The notes: a model not told the origin generated them from the letters alone. A DNA stretch of 58,951 bases from a virus (IMGVR_UViG_3300037313_001644:1-58951), one strand, 5' to 3'; shown: positions 44,941-53,972, counted from the stretch's first letter. Translations and numbers: made by a program.

Positions 44941-45503
44941 GCGGCGCTCTTCCACAGGAGGGGTTGCTGATCGCGCGGGATCCGATGATGGCCGCGCGCC
45001 ATGGGATGCTTGGGCTGCCCGCTGTCCGTGGTGCCGAGGCAGACGAGATCGACGCCGCGATGGCCGCATTCGCGCACGAACCACTCGTCCATGCCGAAGC
45101 AGCCGCCGTGATTGCCCCAGGCGGCGAGGATCGAGCGGCCGTGCTGCTTCGCGTAGCCGATGGCGTCGATAAGGAAGCCCTTGTTGCTGTCGCCGATCGC
45201 CAGCTGCGGGCCGCTGCGCATCATTTCCGCTGGCGAGGGGGTCCTCAGACCGTGGAGGTTGACGACGTAGAGGCCGCCGAAGCCCCACAGCTTCGCGAAG
45301 TGGATGAGGGTCAGGATCGTCGGGTCGTTCTTCTCGTGGTCCGCCGTGCTCGGGTTGAGCATGCAGACGACGAGCAGCGGCAGGCTCTCGTCCCAGATGC
45401 GCCTGAGCTCGTAGCGGCAGTCGCCGATGATGACGGCCGTCATCTGCATCGGCGGCTGTGCCGGCGGGGGCATGTCGAAGAAGGCGAGCTGCTCCTCAGC
45501 CAT
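44937..45503 (-). CDS. DUF1643 family protein
   Basis: RYELRRIW, MLNPSTAD...DPT, AAWG and PKHP motifs. Confidence 0.9.
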   Translation of the reverse strand: MAEEQLAFFDMPPPAQPPMQMTAVIIGDCRYELRRIWDESLPLLVVCMLNPSTADHEKNDPTILTLIHFAKLWGFGGLYVVNLHGLRTPSPAEMMRSGPQLAIGDSNKGFLIDAIGYAKQHGRSILAAWGNHGGCFGMDEWFVRECGHRGVDLVCLGTTDSGQPKHPMARGHHRIPRDQQPLLWKSAA

Positions 45504-45675
45504 GGCGACGCTGCCTGATCGCGCGGGTGTAGTCGAGGTCGCGGATGACGCGCTCGAAGCGGACGGACTGCTCAGTCGTCAGCGCCTGGCGCTTGCTGAG
45601 CTCGTCCCAATAGGTGAATTGCTCCTCGAGCGGAGCATTCCTGGGCGGGCCGAGGAGCGGCTCTCCGCTCCCCAT
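45496..45675 (-). CDS. Small hypothetical protein (59 aa, below the ORF-track cutoff)
   Basis: TGATG overlap with the integrase stop; MGSGEPLLGPPRNAPLEEQF... Confidence 0.55.
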   Translation of the reverse strand: MGSGEPLLGPPRNAPLEEQFTYWDELSKRQALTTEQSVRFERVIRDLDYTRAIRQRRHG

Positions 45676-47336
45676 CAGACGACGATCCGCGTCAGCCTAT
45701 GATTATGGGTAAATCCGTCCAGTGATTTACCCATTATCATAGGTGCGTTGACGGCAGCGGCCATCACCATCGGCTCGATCTCCATCGGCTTGCCCGTCGC
45801 CATCGCGATGATGCTCGCGAGGCGGCCGTCGATCGTGACATCGAGGCCGCTACCGCTCTGCCGCGGCGTCAGCGTGATCGCCTCGATCAGCGAGCGCAGC
45901 GCCGGCATGGCGGTCATGCGCGCCTCGGGCGGACCCATCAGCGCCTCGGACAGGTGCTCGACCGCGCGGGCATACTCGTCCGCGATGTTGGGCAGGAACG
46001 GGATGACCTTCACCGCGTCCAGTTCGGCGAGCTCGCGCTCGAGGCTCGCTCGCTCGGCCTTTGCCGCGGTGAGGATGTCGCGGATCTCGTCGAACTCGCG
46101 CCCGCCGTTGGCGAAGGCGGTGACGAGACGGTCGACCTTGGCCGTCGTCTCGGCGAGCTTGCGCTCGAGCCGTGCACGCGCCGCGTTCTGTTCGGCATGG
46201 TCGCGGGCGAGATGCTTGTGGACGCGCTTGATGAACAGCCGCACCAGCTCGGGGTCCATCAGCCGCTTCTGCAGACCCTGGAGCACCCGCGCCTCGAGGC
46301 GGGCGTTGCTGATCGAGCGGCCGTTGCTGCATGCGGCATTGTTGCGGAACCGCGAGCAGGCCCACAGCGCGTCCGCCGTGCCGATCTGGATGATGTTGCC
46401 GCCGCAGACGCCGCAGCGCAGCAGCCCCGACAGCAGGCGCTTGGCGCGGCGGTGCTGGTGCGGCTTCCAGCCTTCCCTCACCGCGCGGCCCGCATGGACG
46501 CGGTCCCACAGGTCCTGGTCGACGATCCGGAGCTCCGGCATCTCCATCCGCACCCACTCGGCTCTGGGATTGACGCGCGCGACCTTGCGGCGCGTCGACG
46601 GGTCCATGACGAAGCGGCTGCGGTTATAGACGAAGACGCCGATGTAGATTTCGTTGTTGAGGATGCCGAGGCCCCGCGCCGCATCGCCGTTGATCTGCGA
46701 CGTCGACCACAGCCCGCCGCGCGGACCCTTGATCCCCTCGGCGTTGAGCCGCGATGCGATCGAGCGGGCGGACTGCCCCGCGGCGTGCTCGCGGAAGATG
46801 CGGCGGACGATCTCGGCCTGCTCGTCGTCGACCTCGCGCAGCCCGCGGTCGACCTCGCCCGCGCTGTTGAGGCGCACGACCTTGCGATAGCCGTAGCACA
46901 GGCCGCCGGGGATGCGGCCAGCAGCGACGCGGCCCTTCTGCCCGCGGCGGATCTTGTCGGCGAGGTTCGAGCGGAACAGCGCGGCCATCGTGCCGGTGAA
47001 GCCGATGTGGATTTCGCTCACCAGGCCATCGGAAAGGGTGACGAGCTGGCAGTCGCGGAACTTCAGGTGCTTGTGGATGAAGGAGATGTCCTCCTGGTCG
47101 CGGCTGATGCGGTCTATCGCCTCGGCAAGAACGACATCAAAATCCCCGGCGCGTGCGAGGAGAGCGTTGAGGCCAGGCCGCTCCCTGACTGCACCGCTGA
47201 TCGCATAATCAGCAAAAACATCGACGACTTCCCATCCCTCGCGATCCGCCCGCTCACGGCAGATACGAACCTGGTCATCGACCGACCTCTGGTCCTGCAG
47301 GGTCGAGGAGAATCGTGCATAGATCGCTGCCTTCAC
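45675..47336 (-). CDS. Large serine recombinase (integrase)
   Basis: YARFSS catalytic Ser, DRISR, recombinase domain, LLSGLLRCGVCG Zn ribbon, coiled coil. Confidence 0.95.
   Translation of the reverse strand: MKAAIYARFSSTLQDQRSVDDQVRICRERADREGWEVVDVFADYAISGAVRERPGLNALLARAGDFDVVLAEAIDRISRDQEDISFIHKHLKFRDCQLVTLSDGLVSEIHIGFTGTMAALFRSNLADKIRRGQKGRVAAGRIPGGLCYGYRKVVRLNSAGEVDRGLREVDDEQAEIVRRIFREHAAGQSARSIASRLNAEGIKGPRGGLWSTSQINGDAARGLGILNNEIYIGVFVYNRSRFVMDPSTRRKVARVNPRAEWVRMEMPELRIVDQDLWDRVHAGRAVREGWKPHQHRRAKRLLSGLLRCGVCGGNIIQIGTADALWACSRFRNNAACSNGRSISNARLEARVLQGLQKRLMDPELVRLFIKRVHKHLARDHAEQNAARARLERKLAETTAKVDRLVTAFANGGREFDEIRDILTAAKAERASLERELAELDAVKVIPFLPNIADEYARAVEHLSEALMGPPEARMTAMPALRSLIEAITLTPRQSGSGLDVTIDGRLASIIAMATGKPMEIEPMVMAAAVNAPMIMGKSLDGFTHNHRLTRIVV
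45696..45743. other. attP candidate
   Basis: AT-rich 48-bp inverted repeat CCTATGATTATGGGTAAATC-cgtccagt-GATTTACCCATTATCATAGG (19/20 arm match) in the integrase 3' end. Confidence 0.75.
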
Positions 47337-47458
47337 CGCCGTTGTTCCTTCGCCGAGTCGCCGCCTGTCTGGCGATGGCGGGCAACGGCGGCACGGGCAA
47401 GCGCATCGACGATCGCCTCGAGCGCAGGATCGATCTGGCGGGGAGCGGCGCTAGCCAC
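47333..47458 (-). CDS. Small protein upstream of the integrase, possible recombination directionality factor
   Basis: IDPALEAIVDALARAAVAR; overlaps the integrase start. Confidence 0.45.
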   Translation of the reverse strand: MASAAPRQIDPALEAIVDALARAAVARHRQTGGDSAKEQRR

Positions 47459-47678
47459 GACTGCTCTCCGTCGGCTCTGTGGGCTTACCGCAGCCGGGGC
47501 AATCAGACTGGATGTACTCGTGGGCGTGGCAGGGCTGCGCGTAGCATCCATTGCCGTACACCGCCCAGTCGCCGTTCTCGTAATAGGACACCAGCACGCG
47601 CTCTCCATTTGGAGACGCCTTGCGGATGGCGTCGATGAAGTGCCGCACGCCGACGCTGACGACCTCGAAGTCGCTCAT
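47451..47678 (-). CDS. Small Zn-finger-like protein
   Basis: ATGA coupling; CHAH...CPGCG. Confidence 0.55.
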   Translation of the reverse strand: MSDFEVVSVGVRHFIDAIRKASPNGERVLVSYYENGDWAVYGNGCYAQPCHAHEYIQSDCPGCGKPTEPTESSRG

Positions 47679-48256
47679 GCGACTGCTGCCTTTGCCTCGG
47701 CGCGGGCGCGGTTGAGATCGGCCATCGCGTCCTGCGACCCGCCGGCATCGGGGTGAGCGGCGGGCGCGAGCTCCCGATAGCGGCGGTCGATGTCCTGCAC
47801 GGTCGGCATCTCTCCAGCACGGAAGCGCAGCACCTCGCGCCATGACTTCCTCCCATCAGGCGCGGGGAGTGCGGTGAAGCCCTTGAAAGTCTGCCGCACG
47901 ATATGCAGGCCGCCGTGGCGCATCTCGGTACGGCGCGCCTCGATGATGTGGTGGATCGCCTGAAGATTGTCCTCGACCTTGGGGTAGCGGTCGACCGCGA
48001 TGCAGCGCTGCTGCCCATCCCATTCGAACCAGGCGGCAACGCCCGTGTCGGCCGGCTGCCCGACATCGAGTCCGCCGACGTTGGATGAGAGGACGATCTC
48101 CGTCACCTGCTTGCCGCTGTCCTTGGCGAACAGCTCGAGCGACGACTTCACATTCTTCAGCGCCGCCGACAGGCTCGAGCGGAATTGCGACGAGGCCTTG
48201 CGCTCCGTTCGCGGCAGTCCGTCGGGCCATTGCAGCGGGTAGGCCGGGATCGTCAT
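47675..48256 (-). CDS. Phage J-domain protein
   Basis: YPLQWP N terminus; C-terminal YRELA...HPDAGGS...LNRA. Confidence 0.85.
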   Translation of the reverse strand: MTIPAYPLQWPDGLPRTERKASSQFRSSLSAALKNVKSSLELFAKDSGKQVTEIVLSSNVGGLDVGQPADTGVAAWFEWDGQQRCIAVDRYPKVEDNLQAIHHIIEARRTEMRHGGLHIVRQTFKGFTALPAPDGRKSWREVLRFRAGEMPTVQDIDRRYRELAPAAHPDAGGSQDAMADLNRARAEAKAAVA

Positions 48257-48492
48257 GCGAACACCAGCATGCGGCTGATCTTGCCACCGCCCAGGCCGAA
48301 GGCGCGGATGCGCGGCGTGTCGCCTCGCGTCGCGTTCTCGAGTGGCAGCGCCGTGCCGCAGAAGGCGCATTCGGCCGTGATGCGGCCGATGAGCCAGTGC
48401 GTGCGCCCGCAGCCTGGGCAGTGGTTCGCTTCACCCTCACGATAGAGGGTGTGAAGGCCGCGGGCGTGCGGGTTGAACCGCCGCGCGCTCAC
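48253..48492 (-). CDS. Small Zn-ribbon protein
   Basis: NHCPGCGRTHWLIGR.TAECAFC. Confidence 0.7.
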   Translation of the reverse strand: MSARRFNPHARGLHTLYREGEANHCPGCGRTHWLIGRITAECAFCGTALPLENATRGDTPRIRAFGLGGGKISRMLVFA

Positions 48493-48716
48493 GACGCATT
48501 CTCCGCGCTGCGCTCGACCATCTGCTTCAGCCAGTCGCGCTCGGCTTCCGTGGTGGAGAGCCGCTGGCGCAGGATCCGGTTGTCCTCACGCTCCTTGCGG
48601 AGGAAGGCGCGGCTCAGCCAGTGCGCATGCTGCTCGCGGCGGATGACCACCGCGAACGCCGCTGTCGAAAACAGCATCACCAGCGAGATGACCAAGGCAA
48701 AGGCGGTGTCGGTCAT
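48489..48716 (-). CDS. TM plus coiled-coil small protein
   Basis: Hydrophobic N terminus; coupled at both ends. Confidence 0.65.
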   Translation of the reverse strand: MTDTAFALVISLVMLFSTAAFAVVIRREQHAHWLSRAFLRKEREDNRILRQRLSTTEAERDWLKQMVERSAENAS

Positions 48717-49858
48717 CAGACGCGCATCGGCATCAGGACGGCGAGGAAATCATCATCGCCATCGAAGGTTATCTTGATCGGCGAAGCTGCGGTCGCGTCC
48801 GAGAAGTGGAAATGCACGGTCGCTCCGACGTGCGTTGCAAGAATCTCGGCGAGATAGGCGGCGTTCACACCGAACATTTCGGGCGCTTCGCCCTCAACCT
48901 GGACCGAGAGCTTGCGCTCGAACTTCAGGCCTTCGGGGTTGGTGAAGCTCAGACCTTCGGACAGTTTGATGGCTGCGGGATTGACTGAGGAGGTGCCGAG
49001 CCGGGCGATGGTCTTCAGTCCCGCCGCCAGATCGCCGCTCGACAGCGCGGCGGAGCCAACGAACTTGTCGGGGATGACACGGCTATAGTCAGGATAAGTC
49101 CCATCGATGCACTTCGCCTCCAGCGTCCAATTCTCGACGGCGAAGCTTGCGCGGAGACGTGAGACCTCCATGATAATTGGCGCATCCATGCGATCGAGCA
49201 ATTCGATCAGGCAGCGGATGCCCTGCCTCGAAATGATGACCTCGGGCATTTCGCCGTCCGCGACGGCCGGGCTAATCACCTTCTGATGGAGCCGGTGACC
49301 ATCCGTCGCCGTGAATGCGATACGGCCGCCCCTGTGGGTGAGGCAGATGCCGTTCAGATAATAGCGCGTCTCTTCGCGGGATATTGCGGGGCGCACCGTC
49401 GAAACGGCCTGCAGAAGCGCCCGCCGATCGAACTCGAAAGTCGCCTCGGGCGAAGGACGTGTAATGGTTGGATATTCGCAGGCCTGAAATGCGGAGATGG
49501 CGAACTCACCAGCAGTGCTTCGCAGGATCAGCTGCTTGGGAGACGAGAAGAAGGCGATCCGCTCGCCGCCGATTGACTCGGCCGCGGCGCGCAGCGTGTG
49601 GCACGGAACGCAGGTTTCGAACGCAATGCCATCGAACGGCAACTTGCAGGTGAGCTGCTGATCGAGGTCGGTGCCGCTGATCACAAGGTTGCCCGGCGCG
49701 GCGACAAGCCGCACGCATTGGAGAATGGACACCGTCGAGCGACGGTCGATCACGAAATTGAACACGCTGAGCGCCTCGGCGAGCTGGGTGCCGGTGAGCG
49801 GCGACTCGGCGACGGTGGCGGGCTTCTCTTCGACAAGAGTGGCGGACGTCTTGGGCAT
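48716..49858 (-). CDS. dnaN: DNA polymerase III beta sliding clamp homolog (three domains)
   Basis: GTDLD, EETRYYLNG, ATDGHRL, IDGTYPDYSRVIP and VLMPMRV motifs. Confidence 0.92.
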   Translation of the reverse strand: MPKTSATLVEEKPATVAESPLTGTQLAEALSVFNFVIDRRSTVSILQCVRLVAAPGNLVISGTDLDQQLTCKLPFDGIAFETCVPCHTLRAAAESIGGERIAFFSSPKQLILRSTAGEFAISAFQACEYPTITRPSPEATFEFDRRALLQAVSTVRPAISREETRYYLNGICLTHRGGRIAFTATDGHRLHQKVISPAVADGEMPEVIISRQGIRCLIELLDRMDAPIIMEVSRLRASFAVENWTLEAKCIDGTYPDYSRVIPDKFVGSAALSSGDLAAGLKTIARLGTSSVNPAAIKLSEGLSFTNPEGLKFERKLSVQVEGEAPEMFGVNAAYLAEILATHVGATVHFHFSDATAASPIKITFDGDDDFLAVLMPMRV

Positions 49859-49884
49859 CGATCTCTCCCCGGCTGGAGTCGGGG

Positions 49885-49930
49885 CTTTGAGTGCCGAAAA
49901 GCGTTTGGTCTGTCAAACGAAAATCGTTAG
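49885..49930 (-). promoter_or_regulatory. pL-like promoter with two operators
   Basis: Minus-strand TTGACA at 49911-49916, overlapped by CAAACGAAAATCGTTAG (49914-49930), with GTGCCGAAAAGCGTTTG (49891-49907) in the spacer. Confidence 0.75.
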
Positions 49931-50202
49931 CGACTCGCGACTCGCGACGCGTGCGCGTGGTGCCTTAACTACAGATGACCGTTCAATCGGCGGGTCGAAA
50001 ATAAAGAGCTTGATTTGGATTACATTTGGTTAATCGTTCGCGGCTGGGTCCGCGATGGCCGCGACTCGCCAGCTCGGGGCGAGTCGCCGCGTTGCCGCGG
50101 CGCCCGTGTGCGCGTCACGAGCCTGTCTAGGGGGTAAGATGCAGACGTTGATTAGTGTTGTAACGACCGCCGAGTGCACATGCATCGGCGCAACCTTTGT
50201 CG

Positions 50203-50643
50203 CTAGGAGGCTGCTGGCTGAGCCTCCTGCTCCATCTCCTTGCGAGCCAGAAAAAACCCTGCCGCCATATCGATATTATCACGAACCGGAGGACGAGCGG
50301 CGTATCGCAAGAATGCTCGCAAGTCTTTCGCGATGTCCTCGATGCGGCTCTGCTCCGGGACAACACCAGGGCACAGCTCCTGAAGGACGTAGCGCACGCC
50401 CATCATTAAGACTGGTGTCGTCGCAATAGCGCTCACCATCTCAGCCGGATCCTCGAAGCCGAAGACCTCGACGAGGCGCTGACCCTCGTCGAGCTTCAGC
50501 TTGCGCTTGCCCGTGAACAGGTCCGCAATGCGCTGCGGCGCGATCCCGATCGCCTCGGCGATATCCTTTTTCTGGATTTCGCCCGCCTCGAGCAACGCTT
50601 CGAGCCGCGTGAGGATGTCGTCAGTACCCATCATCGGACGCAT
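50203..50643 (-). CDS. CI-like XRE repressor without an S24 domain
   Basis: QKKDIAEAIGIAPQRIADLFTGKRKLK HTH; divergent from the Cro-like gene. Confidence 0.85.
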   Translation of the reverse strand: MRPMMGTDDILTRLEALLEAGEIQKKDIAEAIGIAPQRIADLFTGKRKLKLDEGQRLVEVFGFEDPAEMVSAIATTPVLMMGVRYVLQELCPGVVPEQSRIEDIAKDLRAFLRYAARPPVRDNIDMAAGFFLARKEMEQEAQPAAS

Positions 50644-50703
50644 ATATGATTGAAACTCCGAACAGACGCTAAAACTAATTCCGTAAATTCAGCTTGCGCG
50701 TGG

Positions 50704-50720
50704 CTAACGCTTTTCGTTAG
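50704..50720. promoter_or_regulatory. Symmetric operator at pR
   Basis: CTAACG-CTTTT-CGTTAG palindrome just upstream of the Cro-like gene. Confidence 0.8.
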
Positions 50721-50728
50721 GTAGCGCA

Positions 50729-50953
50729 ATGCGAACAGTCCGCGACATCATCGAAGACCTGGGCGGCTCGAGCGCCGTCGCCAAGGCCCACAATCCCCCC
50801 TTGGCACAGTCGACGGTGCACGGCTGGGTGACCTCCAACTTCGTCCCCAGGTGGCGCGTGCCGGCGCTTCTCGAAATCGCCAAGTCGCTCGGCAAGTCAT
50901 TGGCAGAGAACGATTTTCCGCCAAAGGACCAGCGCCTGAAGGCGGTCGGCTGA
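50729..50953 (+). CDS. Cro-like HTH regulator
   Basis: DIIEDLGG..AVAKA...STVHGW...VP pattern. Confidence 0.85.
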   Translation: MRTVRDIIEDLGGSSAVAKAHNPPLAQSTVHGWVTSNFVPRWRVPALLEIAKSLGKSLAENDFPPKDQRLKAVG

Positions 50954-51152
50954 TGGAGCGCAGCAACGCCGCCGCACGCGCCGCCGCGGCGCTGCCCTGT
51001 CCCGGATCGGCACGGCCCGCTGGGGCTGTTCCGAAGCGGGAAACGGCCAACAAAAAAAATGTTGGAAATGCGGGGAATTTGGGCAGTCCGCGAACCCAAT
51101 CGGGCGCGGATTGCGGGCCGCGACTCGGGCGCCGCTCTCCCGAGTCGCGGCC

Positions 51153-52526
51153 GTGAGCGTCGAGGTCGTCCACGGCGACTGCCGGCAGGTGCTCGCATCC
51201 CGCAGCGGCGAACTCTTCGACAGCTGCGTCACCGATCCGCCCTACCATCTGACGAGCATCATAAAGCGCTTCGGCGCTGAGAATGCGAAGCCGGCACTAT
51301 CGGCGAGCCAGCGGCGCTTCGCCAAGACAGGAGGCGCTGACCGCAAGCCTGGGCCTGACCAATACGGTCGGCTTTCGCGCGGCTTCATGGGGCAGACGTG
51401 GGATGGCGGCACGGTCGCGTTCGAGCCCGAGACATGGCGCGCCGTCTATGACCATCTCAAGCCCGGCGCGCATCTCGTCGCGTTCGGGGGATCGCGCAAC
51501 TTCCATCGCCTGATCTGCGCGATCGAGGATGCGGGATTCGAGATCCGCGACACGCTGTTCTGGCTGTACGGCTCGGGCTTTCCCAAGTCGCACAACGTCG
51601 AGAAGGCCATCGACAGGCTTCTCGGTGCCGAGCGACCGGTCGTCGGCACCGAGAAGCTCTCCAACGACATCCGCGGCGGCGGCTTCCTCGACGTCGTCAA
51701 TGGCGACAAGCCGGCGTTTGAGCGCGACGTGACGGTCGCTGGCTCCGCGGAAGCGGCGCAATGGAGCGGCTGGGGAACGGCGCTGAAGCCGGCCTTCGAG
51801 CCGATCTGCCTCGCCCGCAAGCCAGTCGAAGGGTCCGTCGCCCAGAACGTGCTCAAGTACGGCACCGGCGCGCTCAACATCGATGCGTGCCGCGTTGCCG
51901 TCGAGGATGAACAATATGCCCGCAACTGTTCGGGCGATCGCGGCCACGCGGACAATCGGTCGCGCGACATGGACTTCGCCATGGGTTGCGGCACGGCAAG
52001 CGACAAAGGCCGCTGGCCGGCGAACATCCTCACGGACGGCAGCAAGGCCGTAGAGGCGCTGTTTCCGGAGCAGAGCGGCGGCGGAACGCCCGCTCGCCGC
52101 GATTCCGATAAGTTCCGCAACGTCTATGGCGACTTCAAGGGCGGTGAAGCCGAGCAGGGCATCGCCGGATCGTCGGGCAATGCCGCCCGCTTCTTCTTCT
52201 CCGCCAAGGCTGGCGATCTCGACCGTCTCGGCAGCCAGCACGCCACCATCAAGCCCGTCGACCTGATGCGCTGGCTCTGCAGCCTCGTCACGCCGCCGGG
52301 CGGGCGCGTGCTCGACCCGTTCGCCGGATCGGGGACGACGGCCATCGCCGCACAGGCCGAAGGCTTCGACTGCACGCTCATCGAACTCGAAGCGAAGCAC
52401 GTCGAGGACATCAACCGCCGCCTCGCCATCGTCAGCGGCGAAGGCCGGCACCGGCTGGTCGAGATCAACGCCAACAAGAAGCGCGCGGGCAAGCCGCTGC
52501 CTCTGTTCGGCGAGGACGCGGCATGA
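51153..52526 (+). CDS. Amino (N6A/N4C) DNA methyltransferase, beta class
   Basis: TDPPY and HATIKP...DPFAGSGTT motifs. Confidence 0.92.
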   Translation: MSVEVVHGDCRQVLASRSGELFDSCVTDPPYHLTSIIKRFGAENAKPALSASQRRFAKTGGADRKPGPDQYGRLSRGFMGQTWDGGTVAFEPETWRAVYDHLKPGAHLVAFGGSRNFHRLICAIEDAGFEIRDTLFWLYGSGFPKSHNVEKAIDRLLGAERPVVGTEKLSNDIRGGGFLDVVNGDKPAFERDVTVAGSAEAAQWSGWGTALKPAFEPICLARKPVEGSVAQNVLKYGTGALNIDACRVAVEDEQYARNCSGDRGHADNRSRDMDFAMGCGTASDKGRWPANILTDGSKAVEALFPEQSGGGTPARRDSDKFRNVYGDFKGGEAEQGIAGSSGNAARFFFSAKAGDLDRLGSQHATIKPVDLMRWLCSLVTPPGGRVLDPFAGSGTTAIAAQAEGFDCTLIELEAKHVEDINRRLAIVSGEGRHRLVEINANKKRAGKPLPLFGEDAA

Positions 52527-52858
52527 TCGTCAGCCATTTCGACTTCCGCCGCGCGCCCGAGCGCTTCGCCTGGACGCCGGCGCGCATCTCCAAGCTGTGC
52601 GAGCGCTACGGCGACAGCGAGACCTTCGCCCATATCGCGAGCGAGCTCGGCTGCACGCGCTCCGCCGCGATCGGGCGCTTCAACCGCTTGCGCGGCGAGG
52701 CCGACATGCTGCTCATGGGGCGCCACGACGATCTCGTCCTGATGCTCGAGGACGACCGCGATCTCGACGGCATCGCCGCCGCGCTGCGCGTGCCGATCGC
52801 CGCCGTCGAGGTGCGCTTTGCCGAAATCCGCCGCGGGCTGGGTCCGCAGGCGCGCTGA
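52523..52858 (+). CDS. GcrA N-terminal-like HTH protein
   Basis: WTPARISKL...IASELGCTRSAAIGRFNRL. Confidence 0.75.
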   Translation: MIVSHFDFRRAPERFAWTPARISKLCERYGDSETFAHIASELGCTRSAAIGRFNRLRGEADMLLMGRHDDLVLMLEDDRDLDGIAAALRVPIAAVEVRFAEIRRGLGPQAR

Positions 52859-52872
52859 GGAAGGAGAGGGAC

Positions 52873-53421
52873 ATGGCCGTCAATGGTGTCTTCGACAGGG
52901 AGCAGCTGAAGCTGTTCTTCGACCGCATCGACAACATCGAAGAGGAGATCGCGGGGCTCAAGGACGACCTCAAGGACGTCTGGAAGGAGGCGAAGGCCGC
53001 CGGCTTCGACGCCAACACCATGAAGCGCGTCCGCGTCCTGATGAAGATGGACAAGGACGTGCGCGAGGAGAAGGAGTCGCTCTACGAGGCCTACAAGGAA
53101 GCGCTCGGCCTCCGCTTCGAGTCCACGCCGCTCGGTGCAACGGTCACGGGCGACGGTTCCGGAAAGGCGCTGCCGCCTGCATCCGACGAAGTGCGGACAG
53201 CGCCTGGCGTCACCGACGAAGAGTGGGAGAACGCGCCCCCCAAAGGCCCGATCAGCAACAGCATGTCATCCATTCCGGGGGTTGAGGATTCGGGCTTGTC
53301 TCCAGCGCCTGAGCCGAAGAAGCGCGGGCGGCCGAAGAAGGTGCGCGATCCGTCGAACGGCGCGCTCGTCACGGTGCCCGCGAACGGCGCGGACACCATC
53401 ACGGACAGCGCGGCAGGCTGA
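52873..53421 (+). CDS. gapR: GapR / DUF2312 family nucleoid protein with a C-terminal extension
   Basis: QLKLFFDRIDNIEEE...KDVWKEAKAAGFD...YKEALG; AT-hook-like KKRGRPKK. Confidence 0.85.
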   Translation: MAVNGVFDREQLKLFFDRIDNIEEEIAGLKDDLKDVWKEAKAAGFDANTMKRVRVLMKMDKDVREEKESLYEAYKEALGLRFESTPLGATVTGDGSGKALPPASDEVRTAPGVTDEEWENAPPKGPISNSMSSIPGVEDSGLSPAPEPKKRGRPKKVRDPSNGALVTVPANGADTITDSAAG

Positions 53422-53972
53422 TGTACCTCGCGCTCAAGCCGGGAGCGCGGTGCGGGTGGGCCGCATGGTCGCCGGGCGATCCTCGGCCGGCCTGCGGCTC
53501 ATTCGACATGCCTTCCGAGCTGGGGCGCGCCGGCTGCAGGATGCACGCCTGGCTGGTCGAATTGAGGCAGGTGCATCCCTTCGACCTCCTCGCCTACGAG
53601 CAGCCGAGCGGTCCGACCGAGGCGACCGGCGACCGGCATCTCGCCGACATCGCCATGACCTTCGGCATCGCCGCCCACATCGAGAGCTATTGCTGCCACA
53701 CCGGCGTGCACTGCCGCCGCGTCGGCCTCGGCGCATGGCGGCGCACGTTCCTCGGCAAGGGCGTCGGCGAGAAGACGAAGACGATGGACGGCTGGCTGAA
53801 CAGCCGTATCGGCGAGCTCGGGCTGTGGCGCGCGCGCAAGCGCGAGGAGAAGGCCGCGGTCGGGCTGCTCGATCACCTGATCATCCTCGAGATGAAGCAC
53901 ACGCCGCCATGGCGCACCCATGACTTCGTCGACCTCCAGGCGCCGGTTGCTGCGGCCGGAGGTTTGCGATGA
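53421..53972 (+). CDS. RuvC-like protein, possibly inactive
   Basis: LALKPG..CGWA, LAYEQP and WRRTFLGKG patterns. Confidence 0.65.
   Translation: MYLALKPGARCGWAAWSPGDPRPACGSFDMPSELGRAGCRMHAWLVELRQVHPFDLLAYEQPSGPTEATGDRHLADIAMTFGIAAHIESYCCHTGVHCRRVGLGAWRRTFLGKGVGEKTKTMDGWLNSRIGELGLWRARKREEKAAVGLLDHLIILEMKHTPPWRTHDFVDLQAPVAAAGGLR

Noticed and set aside
49960-50035. CtrA boxes near pL
   Set aside because: Only isolated TTAA half-sites; no TTAA-N7-TTAA seen
50953-51156. CII-like gene after cro
   Set aside because: Coupled at both ends but low complexity with no HTH; may be only a leader carrying the hairpin, so not called
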